A program made the position numbers and the translations under genes. DNA of 59,405 bases, filler included, from Stramenopiles sp. TOSAG23-3 (Eukaryota): NCBI GenBank assembly GCA_900128585.1. It is 8 parts of 8 records of this genome, joined end to end, with 100 filler letters (N's around TTAATTAATTAA, not from the genome) between each part and the next. Parts side by side here need not be neighbours in the genome. Positions count along the whole stretch, not along the records: positions 37,284 to 44,595 come from LT643171.1; positions 44,696 to 52,002 come from LT643172.1; 6 more parts are not named here. One strand, given 5' to 3'. Numbering within the stretch: position 1 is the first letter of the stretch; every line of letters starts with the position of its first letter. The notes below the pieces were generated by a model, which was given only the letters and a program-made list of their open reading frames with translations, searched no databases and was not told where the DNA came from. This document shows, one piece after another, positions 40,585 through 51,390 of the stretch.

Positions 40585-41143
40585 CGTCAATAAAGGAACG
40601 GGCAGTGAATTATGTAGATTTATTGTCAACAATATAAGGTCAGAATATACGCGTTTCTATTCACTAGTGTGTTTTCCCCGGAACGCATACACACACGTAC
40701 ATCCGCTTCACCAGTTTTCAATCTATCGTTCTAGAAGAACATTGAAATGCGGCGCCGGCATTGGTGATTGGAGGAGGAAAAGGGCAGAGGGGCGGCGGCG
40801 GGGGTATTATTATTATAATATATAAAATAAATAAATAAACACAGCACCACCCCAACAACAACACCACAGCACCACATATCATCATTTTTACTCCTTTGAA
40901 ATCGAACTCAATCGAATTCTATTACTCTCTACGGACAACCAACAACAGGGCAATAGGAGGGACAACCAGCATCAGAATAATTGTTGTTGTTGTGGATGGA
41001 TTGTGGAGATCATATGTAAAAGTAATAATAATCATGTATTCGTAATTTCAGTGTTTACCAAGTCAAGTACAAAGTTGGTACGTTTTAGGGAAAAATCAGT
41101 TCTGGGTTCTGGTATATGTTAGTTGAATAACATAATCAACGGT

Positions 41144-43969
41144 TTAAACAAAATTCAAGGTAACTGTGGCACGCGAATTTCGAAAGTGCGTCTCCAATAT
41201 TTCAACTTTCACAATGGTCGCGGTGTCGTTCGATTTTTGGACACATGCCGCGGTGCTGCTTATGAATTCAGCGCCTTTCACGGACTTGAAGGCGAACATT
41301 TGTCCCGGGACGGCGATGAACAAGCTCCCGGAAGTCGATGCGACGTCCGAAACTGCAATGACCAGATTCTTCTCCGTCGCTGACCAGTCGGTCACTTGTA
41401 TTCGACCGTCAGCTTGCGCTAAAATGTTCAACGTATTCCCGACTAAGGATGGAACAGGCGATCGAAGGGACGCCAAAACCACCCTGGTCTCATGGACATC
41501 AAACTGTAAACTGTCGGGGGAGGATATCAACGCCTCCCTCCAATAATCCCACAAGTAATAGCCCCCAATGTCATTTTCAAAATACTCTACAATGCTACGG
41601 CAGAATGGCTCGTCCGCCCAGTTGATAAACGCGTGGACGTCCGGGCTTCGCCCCGGAACAAACCCTTTGCAAAAGAAGTGGTTGGGGTATGTGTGTTCCA
41701 TGACACTGCCCGGCCTGCCTTTGACCATCGTCGACGGAGGGAGCACTTTCTTTACCAACTCCAAGCGCTCCGGTGCGAGCTTCGTCATATCGTCGGAGAG
41801 GAGCATGATCCCGCCCGTCAACCCCAATATGCTGATCGCGGTTTTTGTCTCCGTCAAAGAGAACCGTGAGTCTTCTCGAACCAGCAAACAGTCCGGGTCA
41901 TTCAGCCACCAGATGTTGTGGAGAAAGTTTCGTCGAATGTTCATCAACAAACTGTGTTTGATGGAGGGCACATTGAGGCTCATCCCTGACGCAATGCACT
42001 CCAGGAGGCTGGGGGCCCACAGTTCTTTTATGTCCCCACTGACTCGCAAAGCATCCACCAACCCCACCGAAGGGCCCAAAGGGGCGCCACACCCTAAAAG
42101 AAAGGCGTCGTCGCCGATGGCTTGCCGGATCAATTTCAAGCTGTCACGGTAAACCTCGACCCGGGATTTTGTATTGTCATGCCGGTGGCCTTCCCGGATC
42201 CCGGCCGTCAAGAAATCGATTTTAAAATATTCAAACCCGTACCTTTTCAGGGTTCGGAATATGTTTGATACGTACTCTTGCACCTCCGGGTGGGTAAAAT
42301 CCAGGATGTACTCGACGCCTAAATCGCTCTGCCACTCCGGATTAAAGTGGCCAATCAAGTGGGGCGCGGTAAAGCAGTCTCCTGGAAATCGTATGGTATT
42401 GAAGGCGTACGATGCAATGCCATCTTCCCTAATGCCTTTGGCCCTGACAAACCAATCCTTCTTATGGGCCCGGAACACTTTCGACCGGGCCCCTGCTAAG
42501 AACGGGGCGACCCAGATCCCCGCCTGAAACCCCCGAGCCCTGATGTTTCGCGCCAAGTCTTCAAGCCCGCTGGGAAACTTCTCCTCGTTGACATCCAACC
42601 AATCGCCGAGGTGCTTTTGGTACCCATCATCGAGCTGGATAAAATCCACTTGAAGGTCATTCCGTTTCGACAAGTAGGATACATTCCTCATCACTTTTTC
42701 CTCGGTGACGTCCGCATAAAATTCATACCACGAGCACCATCCCAACGGGACAGAGTGTGCATCGGTACTGATCGCGCGCGTTCGAAAACGGACATTGTGC
42801 GTATCCGCAACAGACTCAGCGAACGACTCGAGGAACGGTGTCGTGATGGGGTCCGTCGAGATAAGCATCCGCTCCGTTTGAAACGGTGAGCCGTCAACTA
42901 TCTTCCCGTACTCCAAATCGCAGGTCAACGTGCCCGAGGCTCCATGGTAGAAGAACGTCCCCAGCCCTACAAGTTGACTGGTGTACCCACAGAAAACGCT
43001 CTCCAACCCCGTTGCGCCGGCCTGGATCCCGATGTAATGGTCACTGTATATCCCCCTTTCGAACCGCATGAAAAAGGGGCTGTCCACGTTTATCCCAATC
43101 CCACCGATAAAGAATCGCCATACCGGGAAGTTCGAGATGGGTTGGAACAGAACGTGGCCGTTTGGGACTGTCACGCCGCGCGCGAACGTTCCAAACCCGT
43201 TTTGAAGGACGGAGGTGTCCTTATCGACGAGGTCCGTTAGACGCATGTCCAAACGGGCGCTCTTCAAAAATATTGGGGATGCTGGCAAGTCCGTCCCTGC
43301 ACAACAGTTGGACTGAATGCTGAACGAAATGGACTCGCGCGGAACTTTCGATCGCGACCGGAACGACTCAGAAGCCACGGCCGCTATCGTTACTTTCACT
43401 CGCGCATACTTTCCATCAAAATACGCGGTCTTCCCGTCGGTTGTGACGCCTTTCGCCCCAATCCCCGCCGCCCTGGACTTCTCCCACGACTCCGTCCGCT
43501 CTCCTCTGCGACAGCGGTAGCACAAAAATGCCCACGATGCATTTTCCCCGCGCCCCGCAGACACTAGCACCGATGGGTTTATCCTGACCATTTTCTGGTG
43601 AAGCAGACCTGCTAGGAGAAGGGTGCCATCTTTTCCCACCTTAAACCTCAACTCGTTCTGCGGCCGTTTTTGACTCCGGGCGCCGCGCACTACCCCTGGT
43701 TTGTTCGAGCCAAAGTCCGTCACGTTCCATAAGTTTACGCACAAGACAATACTTCGTATCCAGTAGTAGACTGGAAAACCCCCTGCAACGAAGCATACGG
43801 CCCACAACAACTTGACTGGCGGAGTGTCCGTTACAAATGTCCTGACGGCCGGTACGGCGACCCCCACATACAAAAAGAGCGACGACAAGCGTATGTATTC
43901 CCAGTACAGATAGATCGACGTTACGAACAGGACCGTGAACGCAATCGCAAGTTTCACTTCTGGCAACAT
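41144..43969 (-). CDS. GH36 alpha-galactosidase (melibiase-type) with N-terminal transmembrane segments
   Basis: GWCSWY, IQLDDGYQ, KFPSGL, GIWVAPF, YFKIDFL (nucleophile Asp), RVSGD (acid/base) and NDPDC motifs. Confidence 0.88.
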   Translation of the reverse strand: MLPEVKLAIAFTVLFVTSIYLYWEYIRLSSLFLYVGVAVPAVRTFVTDTPPVKLLWAVCFVAGGFPVYYWIRSIVLCVNLWNVTDFGSNKPGVVRGARSQKRPQNELRFKVGKDGTLLLAGLLHQKMVRINPSVLVSAGRGENASWAFLCYRCRRGERTESWEKSRAAGIGAKGVTTDGKTAYFDGKYARVKVTIAAVASESFRSRSKVPRESISFSIQSNCCAGTDLPASPIFLKSARLDMRLTDLVDKDTSVLQNGFGTFARGVTVPNGHVLFQPISNFPVWRFFIGGIGINVDSPFFMRFERGIYSDHYIGIQAGATGLESVFCGYTSQLVGLGTFFYHGASGTLTCDLEYGKIVDGSPFQTERMLISTDPITTPFLESFAESVADTHNVRFRTRAISTDAHSVPLGWCSWYEFYADVTEEKVMRNVSYLSKRNDLQVDFIQLDDGYQKHLGDWLDVNEEKFPSGLEDLARNIRARGFQAGIWVAPFLAGARSKVFRAHKKDWFVRAKGIREDGIASYAFNTIRFPGDCFTAPHLIGHFNPEWQSDLGVEYILDFTHPEVQEYVSNIFRTLKRYGFEYFKIDFLTAGIREGHRHDNTKSRVEVYRDSLKLIRQAIGDDAFLLGCGAPLGPSVGLVDALRVSGDIKELWAPSLLECIASGMSLNVPSIKHSLLMNIRRNFLHNIWWLNDPDCLLVREDSRFSLTETKTAISILGLTGGIMLLSDDMTKLAPERLELVKKVLPPSTMVKGRPGSVMEHTYPNHFFCKGFVPGRSPDVHAFINWADEPFCRSIVEYFENDIGGYYLWDYWREALISSPDSLQFDVHETRVVLASLRSPVPSLVGNTLNILAQADGRIQVTDWSATEKNLVIAVSDVASTSGSLFIAVPGQMFAFKSVKGAEFISSTAACVQKSNDTATIVKVEILETHFRNSRATVTLNFV

Positions 43970-44439
43970 ACCCGAACGCCACAAACTTAAATCTCTCGTA
44001 CCTTATACAATCAAACGATAAGCTTAAAAAAATTAATCTATATTCCTTGTTCTGGTAAAACATGCACTCTAACCGTCCATCTTTCAAACTTTCATACACT
44101 CACTGAACCATTTCCTGGATTTGAAATTAAATTGAACAAAAAAACCGCCGTTTTTTCGTGTTTTTTGTTGTTGTGTGGTTCTTCTTCTCCTTCCTTCCTA
44201 CTACTCGTCGTCGTTGTTCTTCTTTTTTTTTTTTTGAATTTGATATTATTATTATTCTGTTCTTCTATTCTGTGTCCTGTATATAAATAATATATTATTT
44301 AATTTATTATAATAAAAAAGATCTTCTTTTTTTCTTCTTCTCGATTCTCGATTCTCGCCGCCTACATTTTTTATTATTTTTTTAATAAAAAGTTAAAAAT
44401 ATTATATTTTACATAGACACAGTATAGAGAATGACCTTA

Positions 44440-44517
44440 AGCTCTTTCTTTCTTTTCTTTCTTCTCTCTCTTTCTTTCTTTCGACTATTTCTTTCTTTCT
44501 TCCTTCTCTCTCTTTCT

Positions 44518-44569
<52 letters not shown>

Positions 44570-44595
44570 TCGACTCTTTCTTTCTTTCTTTCTTT
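44440..44595. repeat. (TTTC)n satellite with GACTC interruptions; the complementary (GAAA)nGAGTC 17-bp unit is at 51910-52002
   Basis: Read directly at two contig ends. Confidence 0.9.
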
Positions 44596-44933
44596 NNNNN
44601 NNNNNNNNNNNNNNNNNNNNNNNNNNNNNNNNNNNNNNNTTAATTAATTAANNNNNNNNNNNNNNNNNNNNNNNNNNNNNNNNNNNNNNNNNNNNTCCAA
44701 ATTGGTTTGCTATACCGAAGAATGTGATTTGACAATGGTGGTGTAATTTTAAAAGAGTAAGAGACGTAAGTATTTTGATTAAAAATAATTTGAAACGTAT
44801 GAACAGGAAAGTAACTTTGTTTGAAACGACGCGTTCATTTTGTTCCTGTTCTCGTGTACGACGTAAAAAGAGAGAGTCAGGCGGATCTGCGCTAGTTGTT
44901 CCAACCTTTGATTAAGAACACTTCCACGAAAGT

Positions 44934-45782
44934 ATGGCGGAATATGCGGCGGGGAACGAGCAGAAAGGCTCTGGGGAAGGGGAAAATGGTGGGAACTCGA
45001 GTTCGTGGACCCGGGAAGGCGTTAGCGACGATGCAATTTCGCAGCAACAGGCGGAGATACGAGCGGAAGTCAACGAGCAGCAGAAACAGGTTGGGGACTT
45101 GGAAAGCCTCACGGTGCTGCTCGAGGAATACAGAGACAACGCTGCCTTCCACCCCAAAATATCCTCAATCATCGAGAAATACAGCGGTATTCGTAGGAGT
45201 CGAGGGGACGGCAGTTGCTTCTACCGGTCCTTTATTTTCGGCTACCTCGACACCATCAAGAACTCGAAGGAGAGGATGGACAAGATGGTCCAGCACGCTG
45301 ATGGGGTAAAGGCCCAACTGCTGGAGTTGAACTACCCTGAGTTCACGGTGTCGGATTTTCATGAGAATTATGTGGACGTGCTGAAGGATGTGAGCGGTGA
45401 GGACGGAAGGGGGGTGTCGACGGAGGACCTGGTCAGTATGCTGCGGGACCAAGGGGTAGACCAGTACACCGTCTATTTCACGAGACTCATAGCCTCGGCG
45501 TACATGCAGAAAAACCCGGACAATTTTTTCGCATTCTGCATGGCCATGGGGCACAACGACATCAAATCCTTCTGTGCGTCCCAGGTCGAGGCCTCGTATG
45601 TCGACGCGGACCAGTTGCAAATCGTGGCGCTCACCGAAAGCTTCAAGGTAGGTACCCGGATCGTGTATTTAGATGGTTCCACTGGGGAGCTAAATCACCA
45701 CGACTTTCCCGAAGGCCTTGAGCCAGAGATCCATTTGCTCTACCGTCCCGGACACTACGACATACTGTACCCGAAGGAGTAA
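44934..45782 (+). CDS. OTUB1: Otubain deubiquitinase (peptidase C65)
   Basis: RRSRGDGSCFYRSF and HLLYRPGHYDILY catalytic motifs. Confidence 0.95.
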   Translation: MAEYAAGNEQKGSGEGENGGNSSSWTREGVSDDAISQQQAEIRAEVNEQQKQVGDLESLTVLLEEYRDNAAFHPKISSIIEKYSGIRRSRGDGSCFYRSFIFGYLDTIKNSKERMDKMVQHADGVKAQLLELNYPEFTVSDFHENYVDVLKDVSGEDGRGVSTEDLVSMLRDQGVDQYTVYFTRLIASAYMQKNPDNFFAFCMAMGHNDIKSFCASQVEASYVDADQLQIVALTESFKVGTRIVYLDGSTGELNHHDFPEGLEPEIHLLYRPGHYDILYPKE

Positions 45783-46544
45783 GCAGCGCCGTGTCCCGTG
45801 CAACATGGAAACGCTACGGGGAAGGGACTCGGACGGTCGCGCTGCTATGGTTTGGCCCGAGCACCAGCATAACGTCGCGCGTGCCTGTTCCTACATTTCC
45901 TACAGAGCGCACGATGATTCCAGCCTCATACCTGGCAGAACGGGCGACGCACCTGCCAGGTAGCCCGTTCTTGGTTAACAATACGGACAGAGGCTTAGGC
46001 AGCGAGTATCAGAGTTAGCTTGAAAAAGGACAAAACACCTCTTCACAAAAATACCGAATGTTTAGAAACTTTTTACGATCAGAGAAGCACGCTTCATTTT
46101 ACAGGAGTAAGAAACGGTCGTTACTCGTACGTACGTAGTACAAAGTATAAAAACCAAATTATATATATAAAATGTTATTTTATTTTTACGAGAACAAAAC
46201 GAAACTACTTTAGATACAACACCTTCGCAGCTTTCGGCTTTCGGTCAGTACTGCTGCCTCAGAACGGGAAGAGCTGCGGCACTGTCTTCGTGTACGCAAG
46301 CCACCACGTTCCCGCTCCGACGTTGCGGGTGGTAACGGGCAACGGGCTGGTCTACGAAACCCACCAGCTTCAGGAAAGCTATAAGGAAAGTTCTTTGGGT
46401 GAAGTATGGCTGGGGCGATGAAACTCTGTCCAGCAGCTAATACTACGAACAGGGGTCGATCGCAAACAAATGTTCAATTTATGAAATAAAATACGTTAAT
46501 GCTATTCCCTGTTATTTTACCATTGTTGTAAAAAAATAAAAATC

Positions 46545-47024
46545 ACGTCCGTCGTTGATTTTTTTTAAGTAAAGGGCTTTGATAGACACCTGTTCCATAA
46601 AGTGTTCAGTGTCCTTGGCGCGAAAAAAAATCCGACTCGATTTTCAAAGTATGGAAGCGCTGTGCCCGAAAATGACAAAACAAAGCAAGGAGAATGCATA
46701 ACCGCATAAGTTTAGACCAGTAAATCGTCCCGACAACTATGTTCGGCTCCAAACGAAATTTTATAAATTGTTTGCCCTCCATTGACTTGGAATGTCGGTT
46801 CCTAGGGACAATTTTTTGTGAAATGGACGATTTCACCCAAACGCCACCCCAACAACCACTAGTCCCTTTGTTTGCGTTTGAAAAACGAACGGTTCAGGCA
46901 TAATTTAATATATCTTAAACCACTTTTGGCTGTTTAAATTATGTAAAATTATTCTTTTTTCATGAAGATCTCTTCGTTTGAAATAGTTAACACAAAGTCC
47001 TTTGCACTTTTTCAATTCGGCGCC
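46545..47024 (-). repeat. Dispersed ~480-bp conserved non-coding element, copy 3 (inverted)
   Basis: The reverse complement aligns with copies 1 and 2; the 42-bp block at 46616-46657 has one mismatch. Confidence 0.92.
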
Positions 47025-47739
47025 AAGGATACTCGTCACCCTCCATCGAAGATCATTCTCCGTCATAAATGGATTCAATGCTGTGTTTACCTTTAAAATG
47101 TATTTAATTTACATACACACAGTATTGGTAACTGTCAACATTATTTCTACAATCTTTCTTCTTTTTTATAATGCTGTCCTTATATTATTACTAGTTTAAA
47201 GTCGTAATAACAGTGAGAATAGAATACAATATGAGGACGAGATCAAGAAAAAGGCATCTTCTTCCTCCGTCCTGCTCTCCTCGTCGTATAATGTAGTATT
47301 GGACGGAGGGGGGGAGGGGAGGGAGAGAAGGAAGGGTGTGTGGATTGGAGTGATGCTTTATTTAATAAATATTATTATTGGATTTTTATAGCTCTTTATT
47401 ATTATATTTTTTATAAATAAAAGAAGAAGTTGTTTTTTTGTTGGTTATATATAATAATAATAGGAAGGAGCTAAGAGAGACTATTATTATTTATTTTTTT
47501 TTAATATTATTAATCTTGTTATTGGTGGTTATTTTATTAAAAATGAATGGACTTTCTATCTCGTATGATATTGATATTTATTTTGTTTTTATAGTGCGTG
47601 CGCGATTGTTTGTGTTGCATATTTTGAAACATTAAAAAGGTTGTATAGATCGAATAGAAACGAACGCATCCGACTGTTTAGCGTGTTTTATTAGTAGAAC
47701 CTACAACGGACGCAGTATTACGAACCAACTGTGGCAAGC

Positions 47740-48060
47740 ATGTCGTCTCGACAAGGAATAAACAGGTTAATGGAGGCCGAGCAGGAGGCCGCGAAGATCA
47801 TTTCGGAAGCCCGGGCAGACAAGAAAGCAAAGCTAGTGCGCGCCCAAGTGGAGGCCGACGCAGAGATTAAGAAATACATTGCTGCGAAGGACGAAGAGTA
47901 CAGTGGCCTGAAAGAAGCCAAAAACGTAGTGGATAACTCCAAAGAGGAGTTGACGGTGAAGTGCGAAAGCGAACTTGCGGAGCTTCAGGCCGGGTTCGAC
48001 TCGAACAAGGGCCAGTGCGTGAAACTTCTCTCAGAGATCGTCTCGATCGGTAAATTGTAG
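47740..48060 (+). CDS. ATP6V1G: V-type proton ATPase subunit G
   Basis: MSSRQGINRLMEAEQEAAKIISEAR...A..EA..EI..Y signature; about 106 aa. Confidence 0.9.
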   Translation: MSSRQGINRLMEAEQEAAKIISEARADKKAKLVRAQVEADAEIKKYIAAKDEEYSGLKEAKNVVDNSKEELTVKCESELAELQAGFDSNKGQCVKLLSEIVSIGKL

Positions 48061-48390
48061 TCGTCTGAGCGGACAAAAGGGAAGAAACCCGAGAAGAAAC
48101 CCCCCAACGGTGGTAAGGCGGCACTGCAGCCTCTGGGCGCACCGTGTACCGTCCGCCCACAGTGTAATGCTCCCTTGGGGCGTTGTTCAAATTTTTACTC
48201 TTAAATTTAAGAATTGCACAGTGTTTTACAATTTACAAACACATGATTAAAAAAACAAATTATATACACATGATTATAAGCCAAGAATTTCGCATCTCTT
48301 TTAAAAACAAATGCAAAACCAGTTGCTTCAAGCTACGAACACACAACATTCTTCTCTTCGTATCTAGTCGTCTAATTAATGACACACGGT

Positions 48391-51390
48391 TTAAATCAGC
48401 CACATTTCTTTCCTCACCCGGTACCCTCGGAATTTCCGCTGGCACAGGATGGCGGCGCTGATCATCCTCTCGTGGTGCAATTGCTTTCGCACCATCCACC
48501 CTCTTGCAACTCGCTGTATCTGGACCGCAGGAGGCGGCACTTCACGCACGAACTCATCGGGGTCCACCGAACTCTCTGGGACTTCCTCGTAGCGCGGAAG
48601 TCTAGACCGGTAGTACTCCACGCACGCGCCCAGCTCTTTCACGACATTGGCGGAAAACCTCTGCTTCTTCTGCGACAGCTCGAGCTCCCGCTCCAGCTTC
48701 TTCACCTTTGCGTGCGCCTCCACGAGCGCGGCCTCTTGCCCCCGAATGCGGTCTTGGAGCTGACGGTACCGTCCCCCGCTCTTGGCCACCCCCCCAAAGT
48801 TTTCGCCGTGGGCAACCCCTTCGCCGGTGTGAACCCCTGCAGTCCCGTACAGCTCCCCCATGGCTATTTGGGACTGAATGCTCACGGCGAGGCTCTCGAA
48901 ATTCCCACGAAAGCTGACGGGGCCGATGCCGCTGAACTGTCCCTCGACCTTTGGGTGAATGTGGGACGCAATCGACCGGCGCAAAAGGAGGGTGCAGGGT
49001 GTGTGCAGCGTCGGTGGGATCTTCATCAACGACAGCACGATCGGAAAAATTGGCTTCCCCTCCTTTTCCGCCCGAAGGATCTGGCCCACAAACGTCCCGT
49101 TCTTCATCGACTCGACGGACAGGATGGGGCAGAACACCATGCACTTCTGAAGCCCTTCGTTCGCACGCTCAATGTCCTCTTTGCTCGACTGCTTGTCGTT
49201 GTTGTCCACAAAGCACCACAGCCGGTACTGCTCGAGCTCGTGCCGGACTTGAGTGGCGTACTCACGGTGGGCGCCGCCGTGAGAGACGAACACGAAGCAC
49301 TTCCCGTCCACCTGCTTCAGCGCAAAGTGGTCCGCGTCTTTCCCGATCATTGGGATCATCTTCATCGGGATCTCCCTCCGGAAAGTGTCTTCGTACTCGT
49401 TCATTTTGTCGACAAAGTCAGGCATCAACGACTGCCACGCCGCCTCTTGCCGGCTTCTGGACAGGGCAGACGTCACCGCAGAAAAATTGTACGCCGGGGT
49501 CTTGTACAGAAACTTTTCAATGGACCGGGGCATCATCCCGCTGCTGTAGTTCGCGGTGAAGAGGGGGACCTTCTTCTCCGCCGCCACCACAAGCTCCCGG
49601 CGGCACGCCGGGGAGCGGTTTGCGTAGGGCCCGGACACGTACACGGCGACGGCGCAATGGCCTATCATGTCGTCCATCAGTTGCCCGGGCGGGCCTTCGT
49701 AACCTGCAAACTGCTGGATTACCTGCCGGCCAGCCCTTCCGCCATTGCTGCCCCCGGTCATTCCGTGGCCGCCTCTCGCGCCCTTGTTTTTCGACTCGCC
49801 GCTCTCCTCGGTCTTGCTGCTGAACGTTTGCCATTCCCCCGGGCCGGTCCTGTTCTCCCCGTCCCTCCCCTCCCCCCCTCCCAACCACGTCAGGAGCCCC
49901 GACCTCTCCCACAGCTCCCTCGCCAGCCGCTTTCCAAATTCTAGCTCTAAATCGTCGTGCCCACAGATCAGCCACACCGCCCGGCGCGCGGCGTGCTTCA
50001 ACAGCAATTCCCGCAGGTGCTGGGACCGGGTGACGTCCAGCGGCCGCAGGCCCCGGTTGTTCAGTATCTTGGTGCTCGCCCCTTGGTCCAGGAGCACCGT
50101 CGCCAGCGCGCCGTCCCCGTCCCGGACAGCCTGGTGGAGGGGGCTGTCCCCAAACCGATCCGGAAGGTTGATGTCGACCTCCCTCGAAAGCAGCGCTGCG
50201 ATCGTCGGGGCGTACCGCATCCCGACCGCTTCCCGCAACGGCGTGTACCGGCGCGCGTCCAGCACGTTCCTGTCCGCGTCCAAATCGTCTATTAGTTTCT
50301 CAATCCCTGCCACGGACTGGGCCAGCACGGCATGGTGCAGGGCCGTCCGTCTCTTCGAGTCGGTGTCATCGATGTCCTTCACCCCATCTACGATCTCCCG
50401 GATCAGTGCGTTCGAGCCAGTGCACAGGTCGATGCCCCGCATCACGTCCTCGTTCCCGACGACGGGGTCGCCCCCCCCCAATTGCAGTTGCGTCAGGGAG
50501 GTGTTGAACCGGAGGGCCTCCACGAACGCCTGCCCCGCGGCCACCGTGACCTGGTTGTCCACCAGGTTCAGGTCGGTCAGGGTCTCGTGCCCCCGGACAG
50601 CGCCCGCGAGGGCGATGACGGCAGACTCGTCCGTGTTTCCATACTTTCCGCACAGGCTGTTGTGGGACAGGTCCAAAGTGCGGATGGCCGTGAAGCTGCC
50701 CCGGGAGAGAATGCTTGCAATGCTTTTGCACCCCTCCGAGCCGAAGTGATTGTCGGACAGGTCGATGGAGGTCAGCGACGCGTTGGACACGATGCAGTCC
50801 GACATGATCGCGGCACCCTGGGCCCCGATAACGTTGCACGACAAGTTCAGCGATTTCAGCAGCTGGTTTCGCGACAGTGCTGCGGCAATCGCAGCGATCC
50901 CCTCCATTTTCCCTAGGAAATCCGTCAAGTTGTTGTCGCTCAGATCCAAGCTGGTCAGGCCGGCGTTCTTTTCCAGGGCCCTCCCCAGGGCGACGATGGC
51001 CTCCACGGTTTCCCCATCGTTCGAAAGCTCGTTGCGCCTCAAATTCAAAACCTCCACGCTGACGTTCCATTCCAGGGCCTCACTAAGTGCCGTCAGGCCC
51101 TCCGCACGGAACGAATTGTTGCTTGCATCGAGTTCCCGAAGGTGGGAGTGCCGAGTGGCCAGCGCGGACGCGAGGCTGATCGCAGCGGCGGAGCCCAGCT
51201 TGTTGTGGGGAATCAGGAGCGCTTCCATACTAATATTGCGGGGGACAAACATTGCTATTCTTTTCATATCTTCGTCGCTACACTGCCCATGCGACAAGTC
51301 CACAACATGCTCCGACTTATCGTCCCTCAGGGCTAGCAAAAGCTCCTTAATTTTTTCGCGCTGCTCCGCGGGGTCCAGCGACGTCGCCAT
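48391..51390 (-). CDS. LRR (RI-like) - ankyrin - TIR - TIR - coiled-coil - IQ multidomain protein
   Basis: About 9 LxxLDLSxN LRRs; ankyrin repeats (TALHHAV, TPLREAV, SPLHQAV); two TIR_2-like domains (VWLICG...SPACRREL; FVFVSHG...IFPIVL); IQRVARGWMVRK and CQRKFRGYRVRK. Confidence 0.8.
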   Translation of the reverse strand: MATSLDPAEQREKIKELLLALRDDKSEHVVDLSHGQCSDEDMKRIAMFVPRNISMEALLIPHNKLGSAAAISLASALATRHSHLRELDASNNSFRAEGLTALSEALEWNVSVEVLNLRRNELSNDGETVEAIVALGRALEKNAGLTSLDLSDNNLTDFLGKMEGIAAIAAALSRNQLLKSLNLSCNVIGAQGAAIMSDCIVSNASLTSIDLSDNHFGSEGCKSIASILSRGSFTAIRTLDLSHNSLCGKYGNTDESAVIALAGAVRGHETLTDLNLVDNQVTVAAGQAFVEALRFNTSLTQLQLGGGDPVVGNEDVMRGIDLCTGSNALIREIVDGVKDIDDTDSKRRTALHHAVLAQSVAGIEKLIDDLDADRNVLDARRYTPLREAVGMRYAPTIAALLSREVDINLPDRFGDSPLHQAVRDGDGALATVLLDQGASTKILNNRGLRPLDVTRSQHLRELLLKHAARRAVWLICGHDDLELEFGKRLARELWERSGLLTWLGGGEGRDGENRTGPGEWQTFSSKTEESGESKNKGARGGHGMTGGSNGGRAGRQVIQQFAGYEGPPGQLMDDMIGHCAVAVYVSGPYANRSPACRRELVVAAEKKVPLFTANYSSGMMPRSIEKFLYKTPAYNFSAVTSALSRSRQEAAWQSLMPDFVDKMNEYEDTFRREIPMKMIPMIGKDADHFALKQVDGKCFVFVSHGGAHREYATQVRHELEQYRLWCFVDNNDKQSSKEDIERANEGLQKCMVFCPILSVESMKNGTFVGQILRAEKEGKPIFPIVLSLMKIPPTLHTPCTLLLRRSIASHIHPKVEGQFSGIGPVSFRGNFESLAVSIQSQIAMGELYGTAGVHTGEGVAHGENFGGVAKSGGRYRQLQDRIRGQEAALVEAHAKVKKLERELELSQKKQRFSANVVKELGACVEYYRSRLPRYEEVPESSVDPDEFVREVPPPAVQIQRVARGWMVRKQLHHERMISAAILCQRKFRGYRVRKEMWLI

